64,000 nt of DNA, taken from Octopus bimaculoides (Eukaryota). The DNA is taken from positions 39,967,389 through 40,031,388 of the forward strand of contig NC_068998.1 in NCBI RefSeq assembly GCF_001194135.2, written 5' to 3'. Below, in pieces: positions 37,976 through 52,444 of this stretch. Position 1 is the stretch's first letter. Each line of letters begins with the position of its first letter. The notes beneath the pieces were generated by a model, which searched no databases, was not told the origin of the DNA, and was given only the letters and a program-made list of their open reading frames with translations. The position numbers were made by a program, and so were the translations under genes.

Positions 37976-38386
37976 ACTCTTTTACTCTTTTACTTGTTTC
38001 AGTCATTTGACTGCGGCCATGCTGGAGCACCGCCTTTAGTCGAGCAAATCAACCCCAAGACTTATTCTTTGGAAGTCTAGTACTTATTCTATGGGTCTCT
38101 TTTGCCAAACCGCTAAGTTACAGGGACGTAAGCACACCAGCATCGGTTGTCAAGCGATGTTGGGGGGGACAAACACAGACACAAACATATACATACACAT
38201 ACATATATATAGACATATATACAACAGGCTTCTTTCAGTTTCCGTCTACCAAATCCACTCACAAGGCTTTGGTCGGCCCGAGGCTATAGTAGAAGACACT
38301 TGCCCAAGGTACCACGCAGTGGGAATGAACCCGGGACCATGTGGTTGGTAAGCAAGCTACTTACCACACAGCCACTCCTGCGCCTA
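37976..38386 (-). mobile_element. Near full-length tRNA-derived SINE with internal microsatellite and (AGTAAAAG)n tail
   Basis: Minus-strand head ggcgcaggagtggctgtgtggtaag...gggttcattcccactgcg. Many partial copies occur elsewhere, e.g. about 190-345, 3275-3465, 4700-4890, 17680-17870, 28875-29030, 32845-33000, 43860-44010. Confidence 0.85.
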
Positions 38387-39982
38387 TAGTTAAATATTTA
38401 TTAGTGTGTGTGTGTGTGTCTGTATATGTCTAAAGAGAAAGATAGATAGATAGATATTCGTTCCTTTAATTTTGGATTTTCTCATATGAGCATGGGTTGG
38501 ATGAGTACTTTGTGAGACTGCATTTTACAGTTGAATGTTCTTCCTATTGCCAACCCTTATCTGTTTTTCAATTTTCAAGTCAGGAATTTTTTTTTTCCAT
38601 TGATCTTTGAAAGTGCGTAATGACTGTCTGTAATGTCACCAAAGTATATGATCATCATATCACTGGTTTCACTCAGCAAGTGACTGGCAAACATGTGGAA
38701 TGTTAACATTCTTGCATGTACACACATACACACACACTCACACACACACACACACTCACACACACACACGTGCATGCATACATGCATGCATGCATACATG
38801 CATACATACATAAGTGCAGGCATGGCTGTGTGGTTAAGGAGCTTGCTTTGCAACCATGTGCTTTCAGGTTCATTCCCACTGCACAGCACCTTGGGCTAGT
38901 GTCTTCTATTTTTGTTGCTGATAGAGGCACAAGACCAGAGATATGGGAAGAGGGGATTAATCAATAATTTCCCAATTATTGATTGATACTTTATTCTATC
39001 AACCCAGGGTGATGAAAGCAAAGTTAATTTCAGTAGAATTTGAACTCAGAACATAAAGAACTGAAGCAAATACTGTAAAGCATTTTTTTTTGCAACACTA
39101 ATGATTTTTGCTTCCTTGCAATCCCTTAATAAGAATAATACTTTCTACAACAGGCAGAAGGCCTGAAATTTGGGGGAGGGAGATAGTTGATTACATCGAC
39201 CCCAGTACTCAACTGGTACTTATTTTATCAACTCTTAAAGGATGAAAGGCAAAATCAAACTTGGCGGAATTTGAACTCAGAACATAATGATGGAGGAAAT
39301 GCAGTTAAGCTTTATGCCCAGCTTGCTAACAATTCTGCCAGCTCGCAATAATAATAATAATAATAATAATAATAATTGCACAAGACTGGTAAATTTTTTA
39401 CCCAATATCATCCAAACTTTTAACATATAAAAACAAAAGGGAAATTTTCTTTCTGTACGATCACTATTTGAATATATTTTTTCACTAGTTATCACTAATA
39501 CTATAATTGCCACTATCTGAAAGAAATAGTGTTGCTATGTATCCATGTTTATCAACATTCTACTGCATTTCATGTTTCATATAACTGATTTCATTTTTCA
39601 TACAGCCCACATTTCGATTGCATTTTGTTTTTCTTCGTTTGTGTGTGTGCGTGTGGAACTGATTTCATTTATTTTTTGTCTGTAACTCCTATTGGTATTG
39701 CATTTCATTTTTCACATAACTGATCTTGTTTGTCAAATAAACCATAGCTCACACAACATATAACTAAAAATATTTGATAAAAGAAAGCAAAAGTTTTTTA
39801 AATGCTTAAAAAAAAATTTTGTTTAGTAATTATTGATAAAAAAAAAATCAGATTTCCCATCTTCAGTGGTTTCAAAGAAAGCAGAACAAACACTCAAGCA
39901 ATCAATTAAGCAAACTGTGGTTGGGGTATTTTGGAGAGGAGGATGTGGAAATAAGACTGGGGTATAATGGTTGTAGTGCATA

Positions 39983-40015
<33 letters not shown>

Positions 40016-40185
40016 TTAATGTATACTCATACAAAAGCACAGTGTTTGTGTGTATGTGTGTGTGCATACACACACTCATAAGCATCATTACCATCATCAC
40101 ACTCATTTCTTTTGTCTGCTTTTCCATGCTGGCATGGGTCGGTTCTGACAAATCCTTACTTACTTGCTTTTGCCCTTTGCTGTCT

Positions 40186-40429
40186 CTCAGATACAGCAAC
40201 AGAAATCTGCCAGTTTTTGTGATTGTTTGTGTCTTTTATTTTTGCATTATATTATTTATTATTATTAGTTTGGTGTGATTTTAACCAACCACTTTGAATG
40301 AATGAAGTGACTCAGATACAGCAACAGAAAACTGCTAGTTTTTGTGATTGTCTGTGTCTTCTTTTATTTTTGCATTATTATTATTATTATTATTATTATT
40401 AGTTTGGTGTGATTTTAACCAACCACTTT
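40186..40429. repeat. Local direct duplication of ~110-120 bp
   Basis: ctcagatacagcaacagaaa...tggtgtgattttaaccaaccacttt occurs at 40186-40295 and 40311-40429. Confidence 0.85.
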
Positions 40430-41911
40430 ACAGTATGAAAGAAGTAAGTTTTATCATTCTACTGACACTCGAGATCTGTTGCCTGTGGTTGCCAGATAAT
40501 TTTCATGAATTTTACTGGATAATTTTCTAAAATTTACCAAGAATTCTTGGATTTTTACCAATTAAATATCAAAACATATAAATAACTTTATTCTATATTA
40601 AAAACTTGTTCTCTTTATTTTTCATTGGTATATATTTAGTTTTTTGAATTTTTTGTACAATTTTTCTGGTAGTTACATTATGTACATGTCATATTTTTTT
40701 TCTGTATAAGAAAGTATTTAGTGTTTCACTACATAGCCAGTAATGTTTGTTTTTTTTTTCTTCTTCTAATCTTTATATACTGTATACCAAAGAAAACAGC
40801 CTTTATGAAGCAGGTGAAAAATGATATTAAATTTGTCATTATCTTCAATATAAATGGGAAACCTAAGTTGTTTCTACATTTTTCTTGAGAATTACAATAC
40901 AGTATTTCTTTAGTTCTGATATTTCATTCTTTTGCAAAGTTAACTCTCACCATTCTCTATTGATTTCTTTCGGGTCTTTTTCTTCAATAATATTAGCAAA
41001 TTTCATGGCCAGTGAGATATTTGAAGATAGCTATCCTTGAGGCACATTTTTCTAGATCTAAAATTGCTAATAATTGTAAATTAGTGAACATATTAGATGA
41101 AATAAAATAATTTATACACTAAATTGCATAGTTTCTCATAAGTTCAATGTCACGAGTTGAAATTCTTCAAAATACTTTCAGTTCTTATTCCACAATATAT
41201 TTCACTTGAGGGAATGTAAATTGAAGGATCATTGATGTAAACTTTCAACATATCTCTGTTATTTTTGTATTAGCTCTTTTTTCTTTTCATAAAATTAACA
41301 AGGATACCATTCATCCTGTGGCCTCTGAATTCTAAAACTCTCTACTTGAAACTCTAAGTTGATTTTATTTATAAATTTGTACAGGCATGGCTTCCCAAGC
41401 ATATGGTCCTGGGTTCAGTCCCGCTGCATGGAACTTTGGGCCAGTGTCTTCTACTCTAGCCCCAGGCTGACCAAAGTGGATTTGGTAGACTGAAACTGAA
41501 AGAAGGCCCTTGTATATATGTACTTGTGTGTGTTTGTGTCTCTTTGTCTTAACATCACATAATGGTTGTAAATGAGTGTTGCTGTCATACAAGTAATGTC
41601 ATTCATTCATTTCCAGTATTCTATGACAATGTGTCTGGGGAAATATTACCTTACTTGGAAACAAGTAAGAGTTGATGACAAGAAGAGGATCTGCCTCAAA
41701 TAAACTCTAGCCTATGTAAGCATGGAAAAGTGGATATTAAATACTGTTGCTGCTGCTGATGATGATGATTATGGTGGTGGTGGTGGCAGTGGCGGCGGCG
41801 GCGGTAGCAGCAGCAGTGGCTTCTGTGGTGGTAGTGGTGGTGCTGGCAGAATAAGAGTCAGAAATGCAAAGTACATTTTTACAATTGGCATATGTGAACC
41901 TCATGTTACAG

Positions 41912-41944
41912 ATACTGAAATTATCCAATCTTCTCCAACTGAAG
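41912..41944 (+). CDS. Candidate 33-nt plus-strand micro-exon (D)TEIIQSSPTE(G)
   Basis: catgttacag|...GAAG|gtaaag, phase 1-1, open frame. Confidence 0.25.
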
Positions 41945-42631
41945 GTAAAGAATAAAACAAGTACTGATCATTGATTGATTCAGTAGTCTTTCTCTCCCTT
42001 GCTGATGGGATAGCCTTCAAGTATAGGCTATGATGTAAACTCTTTTTGCATCTGACTGGGTAAATTCCTGAAATTCTAAATATTCAGATAATGTCTTTGG
42101 ACTGTTTGATAATTATGAATAAATAATTCTAGTCAGCTCCTCTAAGGAAGCTGGAAGTTTGGAGCATGTGTAGAATGCATGTAAATGTAATGACTGGTGT
42201 ATACAGCCATGTGTAAAGAGATATGGCTCTTTCTGCTTCAGGAGATTTTGAACACCGATTTTTAACTCTACCACTAACACTTGCATGGCCTATCAGATTT
42301 TTAAATGGGATGCCATGCTTTCAAAGAAATTTACTTTAGAATTGTAATGCCTTGGGCAGTACAGCAATTAATTTTTAAAAGCATTAAAAGCTTGTCAACT
42401 ATATTTTTTTGTTAATACGGTTATCATAAAATCTAGCTATTAGAACAAGTTTTCTTTCTTTTTTTTTTTTTGTTTTGTAGGTACATCTGTATTTTCATCA
42501 ATAATTAATAAAAAATTTAATATTCTTTAATTGTGCTGCAAGAACTTCCCTGTATTTTTCTTCACTAGTGACATTACAAAAAAAAACTAAAAATAGCAAT
42601 AATAATAATAACTTCCTTTTGTCCTACACAT

Positions 42632-42861
42632 TTGACCTTCTTGTTACCATATTTCTGTTGAAACACACCGAGTTTGTTTCAATTAATTTTAAAAATAATG
42701 AATAATTTAGTAAAATAACTTTGTCATTATGAAGTTGGTATTTGGCACATAAATTAATGTGAAATTTTAGTGGAAGATTTTAGTTTAAGTCATTTTAAAG
42801 CTGAGAGTTTGTATCATAAAACCAGGGGTGGTCTTGGATGGGTTCATATCAAAAGGGTTAA
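42632..42861. mobile_element. piggyBac-like MITE; second copy at 48750-48969
   Basis: Both copies share the body atttctgttgaaa...tttgtttcaattaatttt...tttgtcatta and end in aaagggTTAA. Confidence 0.6.
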
Positions 42862-43195
42862 TTCACTTGCTAATTTTAGAATCAGAGTATGCATTAGATC
42901 GAAAATCGGGACGATGATTTAGTATTTAAAAGAGGAGATTGTGTGGAAGCCATATGAGACATGTTATATGAAGTTGTAAAAAGCATTAATGGTAGAGAGT
43001 AATATGAGAGGGATTTGGCTGTGATTTCTAATTACATAGGACTTCATCATTGGCTTGCAGCACCATAGAATCTTGGCAGAATCCTTAGAGTGTCAGAAAA
43101 ATGCTGTGCAGTGATTTGTTCAAGCTTTTTTATATTCTGAGTTCAAATCCAGCTTAGGTCAACTTTGTCTTATCAATTCCAGTCAAGTGTTGGAA

Positions 43196-43490
43196 TTGAT
43201 ATAATTTCGAGCGAGATCATTGCCAGATCATTACGTGCAGGTGGTACGTAAAATACACCATTTCGAGCATGGCCATCGCCAGTACCGCCTGACTGGCCCT
43301 CGTGCCCGTGGCACATAAAACACCCACTACACTCTCGGAGTGGTTGGCATTAGGAAGGGTATCCAGCTGTAGAAACTCTGCCAAATCAGATTGGAGCCTG
43401 GTGTCGCCTCCTGGTCCACCAGTCCTCAGTCAAATCGTCCAACCCATGCTAGCATGGAAAGCGGACGTTAAACGATGATGATGATGATGA
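43196..43490 (+). mobile_element. Young 5'-truncated SINE/LINE 3' end with (GAT)n tail; related copy at about 51845-52000
   Basis: ggaagggtatccagctgtagaaac...ccaacccatgctagcatggaaagcggacgttaaacgatgatgatg, with CpGs retained. Confidence 0.7.
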
Positions 43491-44819
43491 CTAACCCCAC
43501 TTTCCTTCAAAACTGCTACCTAACCAGAAACCGTTTTACAGAGTTTAAATATTGTCAAAGGAAACTTTACTTTTCATTCCTCTGAGGTCAATAAAAAGTA
43601 ACCAATACTATGAACAAGTGTCTTACTGTAGGGGAGATACATGCCTGTGTTAGAAATCATTATTATTGCATTGCAAAGCAGAATAGCATTTATGATAGGT
43701 CTGAGTGATAATCCCACCATGTTTGACTTAAACGTTCATACTTCTGTGCGTTAACAACACAGGTATTGGTGTAAACTGGAGTCAGTGCACATGATTTGCT
43801 CCTCCTCTATAAATTTGTTGCCTTGAGCCAAAGTCAAAAATATTATTTATATAGATGCTGGCATAGCTGTGTTGCAAAAAGTTTGCTTCTCAACCACATG
43901 GTTCCAGTTTCAATTCCAATGCATGGCCCCTTTGACAAGTGTTTTCTACTATAGCTCTGGGCTTACCAAAGCCTCTTCAGTGAATTTGGAAGATGGAAAC
44001 TGAGAGAAGCCTACATGTACCTGTGTGTGTGTGTGTGTGTGTGGTTGTGTTACTGTTGTGCAAGCAGTGTCATTCATTTTCAATATTCTGCAAGAATGTC
44101 TGACCATGGGGAAATATTACCTTACTTGGAAACATAAGGGTTTGCAAGAGGAAGGGCCATAAAGCCATAGAAAAATCTGCCTCAATAATCTCTGTCCAAC
44201 CCATGCAAGCACGGAAAAATGAACATTAAAATGATGATGATGGCAATATTGAGTTACAGTGCCATATAATACAGCATTTAGTTTTATCTCTGTAAGTTCA
44301 AATCTAACCAGAGTTGATTTCAGTTGTCATCTCATCTCAGTTGATAAAATAAACACCATTAATATGGAGGAGCTGATTCAATTGACTGTACTTCTTCCTT
44401 CCTCCAAGATTGAATTGCAGGGAACAATAACAACTTTCTTAATATAAGAGGTGACAAGAAAGGAAAGGATCTTAATACTTGGTGAACATTCTTACTTTCT
44501 TCTTTTTTTCCCCATCTTTCTTTCTCTATCAGTCTGTCAAGGTTTGAGAGAAGGAGAGTGTGGTGTATATGTGTGTATGAAGTTGGAGATAGAGGAATGA
44601 TATTGCTTAAAGACTACAGATTGCTGAAATTGGTTTCATAGCAGTTGGATTGAGGGTGAGAGAGAGAGATAGAGAGAGAGAGAGGGGGAGAGAAAGTACA
44701 GACAGGGCACACAAACACAGACACAAGAGGTGGTGGGGCTGAGAGGAGAAAGTGTGGAATTGAAAATCAGAAACAGAATAGCCAATGTGTATAGGGTTGC
44801 ACCAACCAAACATCCATGA

Positions 44820-44909
44820 TGTAAACAGCAGCAGACTCCATTTTACAAGGAATGCTGGGTTAACATTGGGTTTAGGATGGCAATGAGGTGGTTATGATGG
44901 TGTTAGTAA

Positions 44910-44950
<41 letters not shown>

Positions 44951-45925
44951 ATCATGGCAACCCATAATGATGGTGAAGGTTTAGTTAGTGATAGTTTTAT
45001 TGATCATGAATGGTGGTGGTGATGGTGAAGGCGGTGGGAATCTTATCAGATGTAGAGAGGGATTGGGTTGTATAGGAGGAGGTGTCTCTGTGCAAGTAAC
45101 TGGGTGTGTCTAACTGGTCCCTGTTCTTAGCTTGAGGCTGGACTGTCAGACAGACTAAGGGAACGGAGGTGGATGGGGATATATATATATATATATTTAT
45201 CTTATGCATGTGGTGTGATTGTGTAGGTGACTGGTTGTGTTCAGGATGCTTACTGTTTTGGGTTAGGACTGTGTTTGTCAGAGTCAAGTATTCTGGTGTA
45301 TGATATTTGTGTGTGTGTCTCTGTGTGTCTGTGTACATATGTATGGTGTAAATATATGTATGTATTTACACAAACACACGTGTATGTGTGAGTGTGTATC
45401 CATTATTGTAATATCAAAATAGTATGTTGCCATGTAACCACAAGTTAGCTCTGAATCAGCAGAGCCACGATCAAAGGTGTTCCAGCCATGACCATCCTGT
45501 CTATTCGCATTATTTTTATGACATTTTTGAATGTTTTTCTTTCTGTTTTTAAGACGATGGGGTGTTATTTGAGAGAAATTGGTTGCTATGTCTAGTAGAT
45601 ATAGTCACCATGTGGAGGGTCCCTCATATTTATTATATGGTGTATAGATGTATATTCTGGAGAATGTGTGAGTGTCTGTAAAATGTCTGTTATTGACATT
45701 GACTGTATGGAGTGTTGATGTGTAAGTATTTATGCATGTGCATGTATAACAGTCAGAAGTGGTGCAGTATATAGTCTGGATTTGTATATGCATGTCTGCA
45801 TTTGAAAAGCAGTAGTTATAGTACATGTCATAATGGTAGTGGTGCCTGTATGTTGCATGTTGTGTTAACTGTATAGCATGTTGACGTGCATGTGTTTGTA
45901 TGTGTGCAGTCTTGTGTGGTGTAGT

Positions 45926-45956
<31 letters not shown>

Positions 45957-46360
45957 GTAGTAATAGTAGTAGTAGTAATAGATGGCAGATGTAGCTGTGT
46001 ATGTATGCAATGATGTATGTTGTGTGTTATATATTATGTATGATGTGATGCATGTTGTTAGTTGTGATGTATGTTTGGCTGTATGATGTGTGATGTGTGA
46101 TGTGTGTGTGTGATGAGTGTGTGCGTGCACGTGCGTGCAGTGATGTATGCTATATAACATGTAGTGTGTTAAATGTGATATGAAGACTTTGTGGTGTACA
46201 TATGCAATGTTGTGTATTGTATGGTGTATAGTAAGTGTGATGTAATGTATAATGTTTTGTACTGTGTATATTATATACTTAAATGACAGCTTGTGATGTG
46301 GTATGGTGTAGGTGGTAGTATATTGTTGTATAGGTGGTGGTGTAGTTAGGTGTGGCATGT
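44820..46360. repeat. G/T-rich low-complexity tract, mix of (GTA)n, (GTT)n, (TGTGA)n
   Basis: Seen directly. Confidence 0.8.
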
Positions 46361-49097
46361 GTCTCTTACACTCTGGACTTCATATAATCTTGTGGTATTA
46401 TGGTGTAGCAATACCTTAGTCCTTTCCTTTGGTGTAGTAGTGTTATAGTTATGCTTTTAGTGATTCTAATTCAGTAGATGTAGGATCATTCTCTCCTTTC
46501 AAGGCTCTCTAAGACTACATTATCCAACATGGTTTTTTGTTACATTATATTATTTAAAAAAAATTTTATTTTTGAAACAATAGAATGTAATTTGAGTGAG
46601 ACTTGGCTGCTATTTCTACCAGATTGAGTGACTTCTTAGTGGCTCTGTCTTGGATACAACTGGGTATGGTGTGGTGCAGTGTACTGGAGTGTGGTGTGGT
46701 GCAGAGAGACGCTTTGTACTTTTATACAACACCCTATCTAAAGTGTCAATAAAATGTTCAGCAGACATTTTTTTTTTTTCCTTTTATTCTACTTCCTTCA
46801 TATTTCTTTTTCTCTTTTATCTTTCCTCTTCTGTCTTCTGTCATCATTTTCCTGCTGCTGATGCTGCCATTATTGTTGTTGTTGTTGTTGTTCTTCTTCT
46901 TCTTCTTTTCTTTCTTTTTCCTCTTTCTTCTTTCTTTCTTTTTTCTTCGTCTTTCTTTCCTTTTTCCTCCTCTTCTTTCTTTCCTTTTCTTTCTTCTTCT
47001 TCTTCTTCTTCCCCCCCACCTATACTACCTTCTGTTTTTCATCCCTCCCCCTTCACTCTGGTATGCACCTCTACCTCCCCTCTCTCCTTCACCCATCCCA
47101 GAACACTGGCTTCAACTGATACAGAAGACATTAATATTATAACATTGCCTGATGTCAGTTTGGCCATTTTTGACATTCACATCATGCAACGGGTTTTGTG
47201 GGACGCACTCTGTACAATCATGCACATTCATGCACATGCACCAGTCTGTACAATCACATGCACACAAATGCAAACATGTTCATGCACACACATCTGTATA
47301 CTTAGAGATGTATATAACTGAGACACATACACAAACACACATGTGTAAAATAGGCAACAAATAACACTTAGTTTTTGGACTCTTCTACTACACAGATATA
47401 TATATATACACATTGAGAATGTATACACATATATACGCATGTAGTATTTACATACATACATTGAAATGGGGATGTGTACCTCTAGAGGTGTGTGTATACA
47501 TGCATGCATACACATTTATGAAAGAATTTGTAAGTATTCTCACAGTGATACAAAGGTACATACATACATACACACTCACACACTTGCATACATACATACA
47601 CAGATACATGCACACAGGTATACATACAGTGATATATTCAGTTATAAGAAAGTAAAAGTATATATTGACATATACAATATTCACAAATGTATGCACAAAA
47701 TATTTGAGAAGAGGAGAATTGTATGTGTGCATATGCATATGTATTGTGTGCATACATACACATGACAATGGTTCAACAGTACTTTCATTTTGAAGTATAA
47801 ATAACATCAAAATGAAATGACATCTATAATACATCATAATCAGGGAAGAAACTGGCAGATAAATGGAATAAATACCATAAAAAGAGGAAGAGACAAAATA
47901 ATAAAGTACTGCAGTTTGTTATGTCTCTCTTTCTATCTATCCATTCTCTCTCTCTCTCCCTCTCTTTCTCTATTCCCCTTCCTCTCTTCCTCTATTCCTG
48001 CCCCCCTCTCTGTTTCGTATCTCCAGTGCTTGCTTATGTCCTATTCATTCTCTTTCACTATTCCTGTGTCTAGGGACTGCTCTCACATACAGAACTACAC
48101 AGGTACAGCAAATTTCATAATTAATGACAAGCACATACACACACTTCTGTAATTGCTCACATAAACATGAGTACTGAAATGCAAAGCATAAGTGCGTGCA
48201 CACACACACACACACACACATACACATATTCAGTAGTTAATCTCATTGTGCAGTAAAGTGCGATTCCTAAATGATTGGAGTTGCAGCACAATCAAATTAC
48301 CAATCGTAACATATATGTAAAGTTGGTGCAACTAGAGACGCGAAATTATAGAGGCTTCAGTTTGGTGAGCAAGGAAGAAATAAAGAGAGTCAGGATTGGC
48401 AAGGAATTAAGTAAAGAATTTAGCATATATTAGGGCATACACAGGATATCTTTCTTGTGTTTATTAAAGTTCTTGTCATAATCATACAAAATTATTCACA
48501 TACTGGTTGTTTATATAAATGACCTGCTTCTCATTACTTTATCTAAGAACTATATGAAACATTTGAAGCTTGGAAGGTGTTCTTGAACAAGAACTTTGGC
48601 TGAACATGGCATGTACCAAAATGCTAATCAATAGTAGAGATACAATACTTTCAGTACCATTTAGAATTTGCTGAGAAGACAGTTAGTTGGAACTCGGTAC
48701 TGTTGTTTTTGTTTAACTCCAGGCTGGCCCTAATCAAGTAGATTAATGTTTATCCCTTTTGTTATTATATTTCTGTTGAAATGCCATGCCTTTGTTTCAA
48801 TTAATTTTGAAAATCATAAAGAATTTAGTAAAATGTGTTTGTCATTACTAAACTGGTGTTTAGAGCATAAATTAAAAGGACATTTTGATGGAAGCTTTTA
48901 ATTTAGATTACTTCAAATTTGTATCATAAACCCAAAGCATTTTGAGCAGACTGGTATTAAAAGGGTTAAAAGCATTACAGATGATCATCCTATCTTATTT
49001 TCAAGGACTGTAATATCCAGTATATCCCTCAGTTTTTGAGACATTAGAATGAAATTTGAGGAAGATCTGGCTGCTATTTCTTGGTTTTAACACTTAC

Positions 49098-49818
49098 TCA
49101 CAATATGTGACATTGTTTCGTTTCTGCTGCCACACATCCTACAAAAGAGTGGTTTGCTGTCTTGTCTATTTGGAACTTGGTGTAATTAGTTCTCAGAGCT
49201 TGTTCCTGGGCACTGCATATCAATGCCTCAGTGCATCCTTTCAGATCACTTATACTTAGCCATCTCCAGGTGTTGATCTTGTCTTTTCTTTCAATTTCTC
49301 TGAGGTATTGCCTATGTAGTGATTTCATTTTCCAATTGTGTACTCTTTCTTCTTCGTCTTGTTTCTTAAATGCTTGTGGGTGCATCACATTTTTGGTAGG
49401 TATTGTATTGCTAATTTTAACAGCAGCAAGCAAGGATTCACGCTGCTGTTTGATGTACCATCCCAGACTGTTCTTCTCATTGACAACACAGATCGTGCAT
49501 CCTATGAGGCTTCTTCTCCTATTCCTAGATACATACAACCTGTCAGTATCGCTTTTGGAGTGTAGTTCCCTCTTAATTGTCATAACTTTTCTGGTCTTCC
49601 TGTCTATTTCCTCAAGCTTGTTTTTTGTCCACCTAATAACACCTGCGTCATATCACTTTATGGAAACTGCTCATGTGTTCATTGCTCTGATCTTGTTTTT
49701 TCCATCAAGCCTACTTCCCATAATTAATTTGATTCTTCTGAGATATTCTTGCCTAAAGCTCTCCTTCATTTCACTTTTCTTGATTTTGTTGTATTCCCAA
49801 ATCCCTAGATACTTATAT
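49098..49818 (-). mobile_element. R4/Dong-type non-LTR retrotransposon fragment (end of RT to CCHC), 5'-truncated against (TAA)n
   Basis: YKYLGI...EYLRRIKLIMGSRLDGKNKIRAMNT*AV...RWT...IDRKTRKVMTIKRELHSKSDTDRLY...WRWL...LKGCTEALICSAQEQALRTN. Confidence 0.9.
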
Positions 49819-49830
49819 CAATTATTATTA

Positions 49831-49874
<44 letters not shown>

Positions 49875-50147
49875 GTAGTAGTAGTAGTACTATTATATGT
49901 TTGACTTTTGCTTTGTATTTGTACAAGTTGACTACAAGTCTCACCCAGAGACATCAAGGGACAACAAGTTAGAAGTTCAAGTTGGTGTTATGACTAGGGT
50001 GCCATATATTTGGTTTTGCACAAAGTATTGTTCTAGAGAATGTTTAAGAAAACATAAGAAAATTATAAGTCTGTTTTAAAATTTGAGATTACATAGACAG
50101 TATTTTATGTAGGATATGGGCAGTTCCCATGAGCGCTATTATTATTA

Positions 50148-50184
<37 letters not shown>

Positions 50185-50189
50185 CATTA

Positions 50190-50570
50190 TTCAGTGAAGC
50201 ATGTTTGCTTCATTTCTTTCTAGCCTTCTCACATCTTCCGTATTCAATGCCCATATTTCATGATCCTGCAATATCAAGTTCCGATTAGAGAGCAAATATT
50301 TAAGAAAAAGTGGAAGTGGATTGGTAGCACAATTAGAAAGGACACACCAAATGCAGCAAAAAGTGCTTTACAGTGGAATCCGGATGGATATAGAAAGAGG
50401 GGTAGGCCTAAGAACTCGTGGCGTAGATGAACACAAAAGGAACTAGAGAAAGGGGGACATTCATGACAGAGTATAAGTACAGAAGCGAGAAATTATGCGA
50501 CATTGAATTCAATTATAAGTGGCCTATACTCCGCGTTGGAGGGTTAAAGGCAAGAAGAAGAAGCAATATT
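50190..50570 (+). mobile_element. RTE-clade LINE 3' end with (GAA)n tail
   Basis: KWKWIGSTIRK...ALQWNPDGYRKRGRPKNSWRR*, then ...ggcctatactcc...gcaagaagaagaag. Confidence 0.75.
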
Positions 50571-50574
50571 GCAT

Positions 50575-51330
50575 TAGATACAATGGTTTATAGAGCTTGC
50601 TTGCCCTTTATTCTGAAAAATAATGCCTTTGTTACCTTATCTATTCCATTATTCTGGCTATCTGCACTTTCAACGGTATGGTTGTCAACTGCCATATCTG
50701 CTACCTGTGTTAGATCCACTTTGGGTAGACCCTCCCATTCTTGTACATTCTCTACACTCAGCTACTTCTTGTATTAAGAACCTCCATTCTTCTTTCTTCT
50801 CAGTGTTATTGATGGTAAGAGCACTGTTATCATTCCATATACACTTTTTTCCCAATATGTCTTGATTCATACCAGTGCATCATTGCTTGAAATCCAGAAC
50901 ACCTCAAATTTCCAATTGTCTCATTACAGAGCATTAGCAAACCCCTTTTTTTTTTACAGTTTCTCTCCATGTTAGGTATACTTAAAATCTTATCTCTCTT
51001 TTGGTAGCCTGAGATTGGTTCTTGCTATTCTCCTTCTTTCAATCTCTCTAGGCCTGTCTCTTCGTTTTTATGACTGTAACTACTATTCTATTCCAACGCA
51101 ATGTCACCTTCATAATGGTTGAAATTTTACTCCATCCACAGATGTGGCCTGTTGCTTGCAGCAAGTTATCTCATAAAAACACTTAGTTGTCTTTCTCCTC
51201 TATGCTTCCTCTTTCTCCTCTCATCATATGCATCAACTTGTACTTCTTTGAACCTACACCTGATCAAAGGATTTTTCAGTTTATGTACTTTCCTTCTTCA
51301 GATTATTTAATGTTTCTGATTCCATCTTGC
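50575..51330 (-). mobile_element. Decayed RTE-like RT and C-terminal fragment
   Basis: A GDIAL (xDDI-like) segment near 51100 and RTE-type downstream sequence, with many stops. Confidence 0.45.
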
Positions 51331-51466
51331 TGTTACTATCCTGCGGTTACTGATATAGTCTATGTTGAGCGCTATGTTCTTCACTGGAGAAGGACACATA
51401 TACAATATATATATATACATACACATACACACACACATACACACACACATATACACATACATACAC

Positions 51467-51514
<48 letters not shown>

Positions 51515-51532
51515 TATGAGTGTTATATAAAT

Positions 51533-51800
51533 ACCAAAACTGGCCACCATTGTATTGTACCAAAGGTACCATCCACTCCATCTAAATTCAGGACCAGGTA
51601 CTGCAATAGTCTAGGGTTCAAAGGCCCACAACTCTTCAATACCCTGCCACAAAAATTAAGAAATTTGCATAAGGTGGAAGAAGATGTCTTAAAAAAGGAG
51701 CTAGACATCTTCCTCTCCACAAAACTAAATGAACCAATAGGCCGACGTGAGGTACAGACGAGGGCAGCGGAATCAAACTCCCTTATACACCAAATGTACT
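51533..51800 (+). mobile_element. CR1/Crack-like LINE 3' coding end
   Basis: FKGPQLFNTLPQKLRNLH...KKELDIFLS...RAAESNSLIHQ, a typical CR1-group C-terminus. Confidence 0.75.
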
Positions 51801-52203
51801 AAAAGCTGTATAAAGGCACATACAGGAGTGGTGATGTGAAACACCCAAACTGATGGCATTAGGAAGGGCATCCAGCTGCAGAAACCTTGCCAGATCAGAT
51901 TGGAGCCTGGTACAGCCTACTGGCTTGCCAGTCCTCAGTGACACCGTCCAACCCATGCCAGCATGGAAAATGGACGTTAAACGATGATGCTGATGATGAT
52001 GATACACACACACACACGCATACACAGATATATATATTGATTTCTAATTGGGGTTGAAGGCCTGCTTATATATATGTATTTAAAACGGTTTTATTATAAT
52101 AAAATGAAGACATTGCAGGTGCTCGGTATCAGCTGTCTTAACCAAGACTATCATAAACATACTACACCAGACGGAAACCAATATAAAAATAAACAGACAG
52201 ACA

Positions 52204-52254
<51 letters not shown>

Positions 52255-52368
52255 TGCACATGCACACATACATTTTGTGTTAAAAATTTGATCAACCTTT
52301 GCTTGCTGTTGTTTCATTTCAATTTTAGACAATGTGTTTGTATATCTATCTATCTATCTATATATCTA

Positions 52369-52444
<76 letters not shown>

